DNA of 64,000 nt from Isurus oxyrinchus. Lineage: Eukaryota. A program made the translations under genes and the position numbers. Below are positions 13,736 through 23,680 of the stretch, one piece after another (position 1 is the stretch's first letter; the number at the start of each line of letters is the position of its first letter). The stretch spans positions 33,232,001-33,296,000 of the forward strand of contig JANJGN010000026.1 of assembly GCA_026770705.1 (NCBI GenBank). Reading direction: 5' to 3'. The notes below the pieces were generated by a model. It was not told the DNA's origin, ran no database searches, and worked only from the letters and a program-made list of their open reading frames with translations.

Positions 13736-14042
13736 ATCTGAGCGATGGAGATTCTGTTACTCAGCGTGAATCCTCGCTCACACAGGCAGAGCGAGAAGAT
13801 GTCGCTTTAACCTGCATCTTTACTGGCGATGGTTATTACTTATCCTGGTGCTGTCAATACCCAGACAGCCCGAGTTTGCACTCCAGAGACACATGGGCGG
13901 TGATTCTGAATTTAAGGCGGATTTTGCTTAGAGCCGGTTTTCTGATACATTCCAGCAGACAGACAGATTGTACCGATTGACCTTCTCGGAGCTGCGGCTG
14001 TCTGACACCGCAGTATATTACTGTGCACTGAGTCTCATAGCG
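13736..14042 (+). pseudogene. TCR alpha/delta V pseudogene (paralog of the V at 61775)
   Basis: TCCAG acceptor, then DSVTQRESSLTQAEREDVALTC...W...RFSD...LTFSELRLSDTAVYYCALS. Frameshift near 13870, TAG near 13929, degenerate heptamer CATAGCG at 14036-14042 with a collapsed spacer/nonamer. No leader seen. Confidence 0.85.
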
Positions 14043-14189
14043 ATTGTTCCTCGTTCAATAACTGCTGCAGCTTTCTGGGTTACAGCTTCTCTCTGTTGAG
14101 GGCTGTTTATCACAGCGGGTCAGACACTGTCACGTGAATCCATTCCTACTAGCAATAAAACAAGCACAAGAACAAGTACAACAAAAACT

Positions 14190-15065
14190 GCATCTGAAAT
14201 CGGTCCCTTTGATTGCTGACCCTCTTCCCGATGATTGCATTAACGTTATGGGGGCTGAATTGGCTGCTCGCCATTCCCCATTTCCCAAAACTATCTCCAG
14301 ACCCTTTCCTGGAACCGTTCTACTAGTTTAGCTTCAGAGGCAGTTCGTGGCAAACAGAAAAGGAATAATTGTTCTGAAACATCAGTCTGCAGTGGAAACA
14401 GCAGTACTCCAAGCTATAAGGGCGTAATAATTATATGAACCAGTAAATGTTCCTAAATGTAAAAGAAATTTGGACATATTAAAACAGAGCATGTGTAATC
14501 TGAGCAGTTCCTGAAAGTGTGCTGCCATCTTGCGGGAGAAATCAGAATTGTCCCCGTCATTGTTTCCTTCAGTTCAGAGAACTGTTGTTCAGGAATTATC
14601 TTCCGAAGACACTCAAAGGGCACAAATCCCTACGGCAATCCTCATAAGCACCATCTAATTACGTTCATGTTGAACAATGGCTCTCTCTTTGATGATTGCA
14701 TGAACGGAATGAGGGCAGAATTGGCTGCTCCTTATTCCCATTAAGAAAACACACTCCCACCCGCTTTCCTGGTGCCAGTTCAGTTGGTTTCCCGCTTCTT
14801 CTGACATGGCTGCAATAATTGGTTGTTTCTACCGGCCTGCAGGGGAAGCAGAAGTCCGCCAGCTCGAGACGATTCGAATAATTTGATGAGCCTGTTTAAA
14901 TGTCCCTCAGTGTTAAAGACTTTCGGACATATTGAAAAGAATTATCCGTTTCTGAGGTGTTGCTGCCACCTGGTGGAAGCAATCAGAATGCCGCAGGCAA
15001 TATTTTCTTCAATTCAGAGCGACTGCTTAGGAGTAATATTTCTAGGAGACTCAAAAGGTAAGTAA
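14190..15065 (+). repeat. Diverged tandem duplication, about 460-bp unit, two copies, each with a CTCF-like motif
   Basis: GATGATTGCAT...GAATTGGCTGCTC at about 14230 and 14691; GGACATATT...TGCTGCCA(T/C)CT...AATCAGAAT...ACTCAAA in both copies. Confidence 0.7.
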
Positions 15066-16743
15066 GATCGATTGTTGTAATTCTATATCGTGATATTACT
15101 ATAGTTGCTGCACTAGGGTGTACCTCTTTTTATATCACATTACACTGAGTGGTCAGCATTGATTGTTGCCTGAATATACAATGTGTGAAGGCATAAGTTT
15201 GGTGAGTGAGGGTGTTCAGTGAAGATACAAATTAATTAATCAAAATAAATGTAATTCGCTCAATAAAGATGGCAGGAGAGGTGATGTGTCTCGGCTGCAG
15301 CATGTGTGAGCTACTGGCTTGCACTGCAATCCATGGCAACCACATAAGACCATAAGACTTAGGAGCAGAAGTAGGCCATTCGGCCCATCGAGTCTAGGTC
15401 CGCCATTCAGTGAGATCATGGCTATTCTGATAATCCTCAACTCCACTTTCCTGTCTTTCCACTATCACCCATGATTCACTTACTTACTGTATTTCTCAAC
15501 CTTGGATATATTTAACGACCCAGACTCTTTGGTAAACAATTCCACAGATTGACGACCCTCTGAGAGAATAGATTCCTCCTCATCTCTATTTTAAGTGGGG
15601 GGCCCCATTACTCTGCGATTATGCCCACCCCCACCCCCCCCCCCCCTCCCCATCCCACGTCCTAGGAAACCCTGTGCCACTCTGCGTAACATCTGTCGCT
15701 TGTAAAATGCTAGAGTCAATTATTAAGGAAGTAGTAACAACCTAACTAGTGTCTTACAAATGTTCAACATGACATGTTCAACTCTTTTCCACAATGCCCC
15801 TATTAATAAAGCCTAAGATACTGTATGCTTTATTAACTGCTCTCTCAACATGCTGTGCCATCTTCAATAGCTTATGTACATATATATACGCAGGTTCCTT
15901 TGTGCCTGCATCTCCTTTAGAGTTTGTCCCTTTATTTTATACTATTTCTCCATATTCTTTCGGCCAAAATGAATTGCATCACACTTCTGTGGCATTGAAC
16001 TTCTTCTGGCAAACCACCCACGTCTCTATGTCCTTCTGAAGTTCAAATCTATCCCAAACAAAATTCACAAAGTTTCCAATCTTTGTATTATCTGCTAGTC
16101 TTGGAATCTATCTCAGAACAGCACAATCTAGTTTCTTACATCCAGGTCACCATAAGAAGACAAGTGTTATTCGTGGGAGCGTTGCTGAGCTGGAAGTCAG
16201 TGAATAGAAGCAGCTCGAGCTGCGCTGCAGCCAGTGTCCTCATTGTGGGAATAGTTCAGCTGCTAGAGACCGGGGTTGCGCATAAGAGTCCGGTACGTTC
16301 ATTAGGGACTGTCTCGATGTCCTGGGCCCACATCCCACCTTTAACAAACACCACCCAATACGAACTCATGCACCGACCTCCCGGTTCATCACTGTGGGGT
16401 AAGGAGGGCGGCAGCACAACTGGCAGAAAGAAAAGCTCCCTACACCCAGCCCTTTACAACAGAGTATTGTGGGAGGGGATTTCACATCCGGATCACAATC
16501 CCAATGTAGAGTCAGAAAATTGCAGCCTCCTTTTATAAACCTGTCTCTTATTCACAAAACATTTAGCCAGCGACCCGAGAACCGTGCGGCCCATCAATGA
16601 TCTCAGCTAAGCTGCCCTTTGTAAATCAACTCGATCCCCTAAGGTGTTTCAGTCCAGCCCTGAAGTCCGGTCTCCCAGGGCAGTCCAGGGCTGCAGTCTC
16701 CAGCTCCCCGTCACATAAACCCCCAGCTCTAGGCAGCAGAGCG

Positions 16744-17222
16744 ATGGGAATCCTCCTTGTTTTCACCCTGTGTGTCTGTATACCCCGTGAGTACCGATCA
16801 AACAAACCGACATTGTGTGGGTTTAATATAAAGCTGCTTGAGTCCATCCCAATTACAGACAATGTCTGCGGGTTTAACCCCGCTCCGTGGTTCGGCTCTG
16901 ATGGTCCATTACACTCTCTCTGTTTAATTTCCAGGCTCTTTCAGTCAGTCAGTGACACAGACCCCAGCAGCGGTGACCAGGAAGGAGTGTCAGTCTCTCA
17001 CCATCACCTGTGTTTATTATGGTTATTATTATTTACAAAATGGACACTTCTTCAAACAAACCCAGACCGGGACAGAGTGGGAGCGGATCTCCAGCGGGGA
17101 GAGATTTGTTGTGTCGGTGAATAAAGCAGGAAAGACATTTTCACTGGAAATTCGGGACATGAGAGTTGAAGACACCGCCAACTATTACTGTAAAGCTCAG
17201 TACAGATACAACATTGGTTAAT
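16744..17222 (+). CDS. NAR-TCR (IgNAR-like) V segment: leader exon 16744-16786, V exon 16935-17222
   Basis: Leader MGILLVFTLCVCIP with a phase-1 GTGAGT donor and a CCAG acceptor. V reads QSVTQTPAAVTRKECQSLTITCVYYGYYYLQNGHFFKQTQTGTEWERISSGERFVVSVNKAGKTFSLEIRDMRVEDTANYYCKA. It has the IgNAR-type FR2/CDR2 deletion, a CKA ending and an extra FR1 Cys (RKECQ). Confidence 0.9.
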
Positions 17223-17250
17223 CACAGAGGAAAAGGCCTGAACAAATAGC
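17223..17250 (+). other. 12-spacer RSS of the NAR-type V
   Basis: CACAGAG - GAAAAGGCCTGA (12 nt) - ACAAATAGC (7/9 nonamer match). Confidence 0.7.
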
Positions 17251-17564
17251 TCTGTACAATTAAAATATATATTCTCCGGGCCCAGATAGTGAATTGTCGG
17301 GTTGATGTTATCATCGCTGGAATCTGATTACGTTTTATTGTAATTTCCACCATTCCATTATCTTTCTTTGATATTTGTCTCGGTTTATATGAAGCGAACA
17401 TCTCGTTCCCTGGACCAGTTACTCAGCCCTCAGGGCCTCACAAAGCACAGTGTGAGCCAGCAGACATTTTGAAACATTGAATATTGTTTATTTTTTTCAA
17501 TCCGCTGAATATATGGCAGTTTCTACTGTCTGGTGATGATTTCCCGCCAGGTTGAGTTGTCGGT

Positions 17565-17603
17565 GGTTCTTGTGCCGGGGAGACTGAGAGCAGTGTTACT
17601 GTG
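17565..17603 (-). other. 23-spacer RSS of the NAR-TCR J
   Basis: GGTTCTTGT - 23 nt - TACTGTG, immediately 5' of the J coding end. Confidence 0.85.
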
Positions 17604-17656
17604 GTGGAAATATGATTCTGTGGATGGATCAGGTACGATGTTGACTGTCATAGCCG
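17604..17656 (+). CDS. NAR-TCR J segment
   Basis: Reads WKYDSVDGSGTMLTVIA, with a NAR-type xGxGT motif instead of F/WGxG. Ends in a phase-1 G|GTAAGT donor that is in frame with the acceptor at 20271. Confidence 0.88.
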
Positions 17657-20271
17657 GTAAGTGACTCCAGCCACCCTCCCCCTCACACCTGTTGCGGCCT
17701 GTCCTAGCTAATGTTCACCCGCTGCTTTTTATTGTGATCAGTGTCAGTTCAGTCCCACGAAAAGGAAAACAGATGGTTTTCATAAGGAAACCTCTCTGTT
17801 GGCTTTTTCGATTTGGGGGCAGAATATTATTCAGGAGCTGGGTCGAATGTCTAGGTGAAACTATGTGTGAGATCTGTCAGACTAGGTGGTCAACGGGATC
17901 AGGGTGGGTGGAGGATGGAGTGTGGGGACGTGAGGGAGGGGATTTTAAGTTTGGTGGAGCATGAGGGTTCGCTGCATCTGAACCATTATTAGTTTCACTG
18001 GTACATTGGGGGCCATCAATCCCTCTGATTCACAATACTAATCATTTGTAAGTTTGGAATTGCTAACATTTATCTCTTTTGAATGTAGATTTTTGAGATA
18101 CTGGATTGCTTTAATTTATCTGTATCTGTGATTTCTGCAAATTAAAACAACACAGAGCAGTGGGAGAGTGAGGATGATGCACTAAACTGCTAGAAGGGAA
18201 CAGGAACATAAGAGAACAATAATAATCGAAACCAAGAGAAAGGTTGGATGATTTCTGGGGGCCGTTCAAAATTCTTCCTGGCACGAGGGTGGGGGGTGAG
18301 GTTTATGGAGGGAAAGGCTGCAATGGGTCCAGTCTGGAATGCTAGGTAAACGCTTGGCCTCTTTGTTAGGGAAAGATCTAAATCCTTTGGAGTGAGTGCA
18401 ACAAAGTTTCATCAGACTGATTGCTGAGATAAAGTCTTACGAGAAGAGATTGAGTTGTCTGGGTCTATATTGCCCCGGGTTTCGAGGAATTGAGATGTAA
18501 TCTCATTTGAAACATGTAATATGGAAGACAGGGCAGATTCCCGGTGGATGTTTCCCAAGGCTGGAAAGTCTATAACTATGGGTCAAAGTTTCAGAATAAA
18601 CATTCGGCCATTAGAACTCAGAAGAGGAGAAGTCAAACCATTGTTGTGAGTCTGTACCTCAGAGAGCTTTGGATACTCAGTGCTGACTGTACTTAGGACG
18701 GTATTCGATAGATCTTTGGATACTAAAAGAATGAAGGGATATGGGGGCACTGCTGTAATGTGATTTTGAGGATGGAGATCAGCGACGATGTTATTGAATG
18801 GCAGAGCAGGTTTGAAAGGTGCTATAGCAGCCTCTCCATCTCTTTGTTAGGTTCTCTGCTTTGATTTCTTACATTCCTGAGAAATGCAATCAGCAACAAT
18901 CCACGTCTGTCTAGAACGATTGAACAGGCTGGGTCACTTTTCATTGTAAAAGAGGAAACCGAGGAGATATCAGAGAAACCTTTTAATTATGAATGTGTTC
19001 AATCGGGTGGATGTGGAGCAACTGGTAATTTGAGGCTGAGTCCAGAGCAATAGGAGATTATTATAAGGTAGCCACTAATTGAAAATAAAAGGCATTAAGA
19101 AAAATACATTTGCATGAACACGTGTCAGAATGTGGAACTGGAGGTCACATGGAGTGGCTGGAGCAGAGAGCATTGATAGATTTATGGGAAGACTTCAAAA
19201 TACAAGAGGAAGAGCGGAATAAACAGGCAGAAGGATGTGGACCGAATTGGTCATTTAGATTTCGGGCAGGAAGGGCTGGTTTGGAGTGTAAACATAGGCA
19301 TCAATCAATTAGGCCGAATGGCCTATTCCTCTTCTGCAGATTGTGTATAATGTAAAACCTTCGAGAATACTCCGCTCAGAGAACCAGGGACAGAATCAGT
19401 CAATGAGCGGAAAGAATTGAAATTGTCAGAGAGCCGGAAGAGACAGCTCCCAGTGAGTAACAGGGAAACCACTGCGGAAACTGAACAGACTGATCCCAAC
19501 CGACAACTGAGAGAGATTGGGACAAGTTCCCACGATTGCAAAAAGCGCAAACAGCACATTAACGTAAAATAAAGTGAGAGTAACTGTAAATATTTCAAAT
19601 TAAAAGGACACGGAGAAATTTCGGCCCTCATGTTAGATGAATATAGAGAAACAGATCAAAAAGTTGATAGAAACTCCCGAGCAGTGGTCAACTCCAGCAA
19701 ATGATTAACCTTTGACCACCTATGTTCACTATCGGTTTGGCCCAATCAGTGCTGATGAATCTCATCAAGTTATTATGGATCTTGCTTTGATGCTAAACAG
19801 TTCGGTTAGTCTCGGGCAATCATTTTGGAAACTGATTGCTTCGCTGATAATAAAATATTCCTTCTGGAAAAATAGAAACAGAAATGTAATATACATTACA
19901 TGCTGCACTGCAGTTGAAATCCGGTCCATCCTGTCGGTGCTGCCCCTCTAAAAATGCAACCCAATTATCCCCACTACTCTCTTTCCCCGTAGCCCTGTGT
20001 TTTTCCATGTTCCAACATTTATCCATTACTCGTTTGGAAAACACCCTTAACCAGTTTCACCGTCTGTTCAGACAATGCATGCCAAATCGTAAGAACTCGC
20101 TCTGAAACACAAAATAACACCTCATCCTTTCACTGCTTCATATTTCAATAACAGTGAATGAAGTTAAAGCAGGTTATAAATTAAACAAACTCACCCAAAA
20201 CCACAGCATCTACTGCGATTAACAAGTTTCCCAGTCTCTAAATAGATTAAGATCAAATTTTTCTCCTGCAG

Positions 20272-20577
20272 ATTCCAGTTCCATTGTATCCCAGAATCCG
20301 CCTGTCCAAACCTCTACTGTGGGTGACACCGTTACTTTAAGCTGTGAGTATTCAGGTGTCTGTCAGTACACAGTACACTGGTACCGTCAGTCCCCAGGAC
20401 AGGCTCCGGATTACTTGCTTCAGAGACATGCTTCAGGAGAAGAGGATAAAGAAAACACTGTTGGGGGGAGAAGTTCTGCTTCTATCGATCCTGCCGAGAA
20501 AATCAGCCGGTTAAATATCTCCAAACTACAACTGAGCGATTCCGCTGGGTATTACTGTGCACTGAGTCAGCGCACAG
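20272..20577 (+). CDS. Leaderless NAR-TCR-supporting TCR delta V segment
   Basis: TTCTCCTGCAG acceptor, then (D)SSSIVSQNPPVQTSTVGDTVTLSCEYSGVCQYTVHWYRQSPGQAPDYLLQR...LNISKLQLSDSAGYYCALSQRT. Open frame, extra Cys in CDR1, and no leader exon recognised between the J and this exon. Confidence 0.9.
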
Positions 20578-20616
20578 CACAGTGATACAGAGCACGGAGG
20601 GTGCCATACAAAAACC
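20578..20616 (+). other. Consensus 23-spacer RSS
   Basis: CACAGTG - 23 nt - ACAAAAACC, a perfect heptamer and nonamer. Confidence 0.95.
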
Positions 20617-20635
20617 TGAACATGGAGGGATTAGA

Positions 20636-20674
20636 CACAGTGATAAAGAGCAGGGAGAGAGCTGTACAAAACCT
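20636..20674 (+). other. Second, tandem 23-spacer RSS
   Basis: CACAGTG - ATAAAGAGCAGGGAGAGAGCTGT (23 nt) - ACAAAACCT, 58 bp downstream of the first RSS. Confidence 0.85.
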
Positions 20675-23109
20675 GAACATGGTGGGATTACAGACATACA
20701 ATGACACAGAGTGCAGGGATATTGGGAACTCAAACATTATTCACGAACATTTTCTCAAAGATTGTCCGCATTTTACCGCACAGGATAAAGTGCTTAAACT
20801 GATCAGGTCTGCATTTCCTTCTCGCTCCTCCCACCCTTGAATTTTCCTCTCTGCCCAATGCTCCTGTGAATATACTTCATGAAATTATTTCACATTCTCA
20901 CACTCCATTATTTCCCATGAATCGGTATTTTACCGATTCATAATAACTCAAGTGAGTTTATTGCCACCTTTTTCTACGGGGACCGGGAGATTTTTTTCTC
21001 TCTCTTGTTTGGTCCAGTCCGCCTTTTACCGATTGAGTTGATAAGAAGTCACCGCCTCCTGTGATTTCCCGGATTCTGCCTACGATCGGCTGAGAGATTC
21101 TCTCAACTCAACAGGACATTTACTGTCTGTTGGAACCGAAAACTGGGGCACCTCTCGACTAGAAAGGATTTAGATCCAGACATGTAAGATAGCATTTCCC
21201 ACAATTGAGCGTAGCTGGGAGTGGCCTCTATCTGTGACACGGACCGCTCTGCACTCGGGACAAACGGGCCACACATGCGGACTGGAACAACACAGCCTCT
21301 TACAATCGGCCTGTTCTATTTTAATCAACCGCCGCAGCCGCGCAGCGGGTTACTGGCCTCAAACATGACCGAAATCAAGTTTTATGAAGCTGATCAATGA
21401 TTTCCCCATAATGGATGACGTCAAAATGCCTTCTATCAGTCACAGCCCATGTTTCACCCAATCAACCAGGGCCAGGGGGTCGGGGACCGGTGGGTGGGGG
21501 AACAGCCGGGAGTGGGGCGCCTCCAGCTCAGCTGATAGCCTGGGCATAAGAATGGAGGCTATTTGACTAAAGGATGTAATCAGGAGCGAAATGGTGCTGG
21601 GCAAATAAATTACAACTGTTTCAAAGTCTGGATTTAGCTCAGTTTAGGGCCCCATTGTTCATAATTGATATTAGAACATGCCTGGAGGCCGGATGTTACG
21701 TCACTATCCGTGTTCTCCTCTGTCTCCCCTGAGCAATTAGAGCTGCTCCGTCTGGTCTCACTACCTTCTCCCATTCCTCACTTAGATCAAGGGGGCGCTA
21801 ATAAGATGATTTTGACCAGGTTCTCTCTTTCACCTGGTGACTCCTGTAAAGGGTACAAAGATATGAAGTCGAGGTAACTCTTTTTAGGCGAGGCCCCCAG
21901 AAGAAGTCCAGAATAAGCGTTGTCCACAAGTTGTTCATGCCCTGACAAGGTGTCTCAGGGAGTCTCCCGATGTGGTTCACTTCACAGGTGCAGCAACAAT
22001 GAGCATGAAAGGGTGACCCCCTGTCAGTGGTGAGCGTCCCTTTAAACTGCGTTTGCAATTAACACCAAGATCGTGTTTTTTCCCCATCACCTGGACTCTG
22101 TTGGAGAGTGCTTTACTTGAAGCATTTGCACCAACCGCTGTGCAGCATCTTTAAGTAAAGCGAGCAGACATTTTTGCAGCCTCACTGCGGCTCCCAGCTC
22201 TGACTTCAACTTCTTTATCGACATTACCTCGTGACCCCGAGTTCCATACTCCTCAGTTTGGGGAAACTTCCACCCAGTATCTGCCCTGTAAAGCCCCTGA
22301 AGAATACTATTTGTGTTCATGAGATCACCTCTCATCCTCTTAAACTCTAGGGATTATAGGCCCGGGCTACTCAATCTCTTCCCATTGGACAATCCATTCA
22401 TCTCAGGAATCACCCTGATGCACCTTTGCTGCACTCCTTCCAAAGCATCTTGATCTCTCTTCTGTAAGGACACCAAAACTTTACACAGTATTTCAGACTG
22501 GAGTCCATTTCAGTCCTCTCCTGCATAAAACTCACCCAACATCCTGGGGTCGGATTGCACTTTGAAAGGCGGCCAGAGATCATCCAATCCTTTTCTCCCT
22601 TTGGACGAGCTATTTCTTGCTGGTTGTCAATGAACATGCCACCAGGTTCTAATTGTTCCCTTATGTTCATGTTCTCCTTTATAAGATTAATGCATCATCC
22701 TTATTCTCTCACTGCACTATGTTGTTTCCATTAACATTAATCAGGGATACAGATAAATTACAGCAATCCCAACTCTCAACATCTGCTTTAAAATAGAGAG
22801 AAGTGTCTGCAGTTCCAAACTTTCACGTTTCAGCCTGAGGGCTGAAAAGGAGGAGAGTGATTGGTTCTACGAAGACAATTGAAAGATATGGCGGGGACAA
22901 TGTCGCTAATTTCAGTCATTGATTGTCCAATAATAAAATTCCATATTTATCCACATCAGGATCACTTATATCTGAAGTCCGTTGTGTCACTCTCCCGTTT
23001 TTCTCCCGGGTCAGGTATTGAACAAGCCACTGCAGGTATCCAAACTTGCCGCAGTTGTGTTGAGTTTATTCACCTGGTGCCTCATTCACATTGTACGGCT
23101 TGAGAGACT

Positions 23110-23410
23110 TGCAGCTGTTAACCGTTTACGCTGTTCAGTTTCTGAATTCCAAACAGAACAGTTAAACGAGTGGTTTCTGCAGTGCGGCCGCCAACAGCTC
23201 GAAGACCGTTGATCAGCGGAACCGGTTTTAGTCACGTTGAAATCACACAATGGGACAAAATTAAAACACAATTTGCTGGAATTCAGAAATTGAACCGGAT
23301 TTTATAGAATGAGCTGTTGGCTCTCTCTCTCTCTCTTTGCCTGTCTATTTCTCCCTGCCTCTATATCTTTCCTTCTTTCCCTGTCTCTGTCTGGGCCTCT
23401 CTCCCTTTGT
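23110..23410 (+). repeat. About 300-bp dispersed direct repeat, copy 1 (copy 2 at about 27663-27965)
   Basis: Shared GCAGCTGTTAACC...ACAGTTAAACGA...CACAATGGGACAAAATTAAAACACAATTTGCTGGAA.TCAGAAATTGAACCG, followed by (CT)n. Confidence 0.8.
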
Positions 23411-23680
23411 CTATTGCATTCTCCTTCCCTTTCTAAATTTCTGTCTTTGTTGTTGTGTCTCTCAGTTGTCTCTCGCAATCTCTCTCTCTCTCTCTCCCTC
23501 TCTCTCTCCCTCTCTCCCTCTTTCTCTCTCACCCCTTCCCGTCTCTCTCGCACACACACTTTCTGCTCTCTGCGTCAATCTTTGTCTCCATCCTGTGACT
23601 CTTTCTGAGTGTCTCGGCATATTTTCCTCCTTTTCTCTCCCTCATCTCTCACTTTCTCTCTTTCATTCTACTTTCCTTGG
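23324..23680. repeat. CT-rich microsatellite / low-complexity tract
   Basis: Extended (CT)n and pyrimidine runs. Confidence 0.85.

Noticed and set aside
16597-17124. 175-aa ORF overlapping the NAR-type V
   Set aside because: It reads through the leader and intron into the wrong frame of the V exon; the spliced leader-V model explains the region.
17446-17452. Perfect CACAGTG between the NAR-type V and J, as the RSS of a D segment
   Set aside because: No nonamer-like sequence at 12 or 23 bp on either side, and GGTTTATAT at 17382 has no heptamer at the right distance. At most a relic.
23224-23275. GGTTTTAGT...CACAATG in the duplicated block, as an RSS or signal joint
   Set aside because: The spacing is 13 bp, the heptamer would begin CAT on the relevant strand, and there is no adjacent coding segment.
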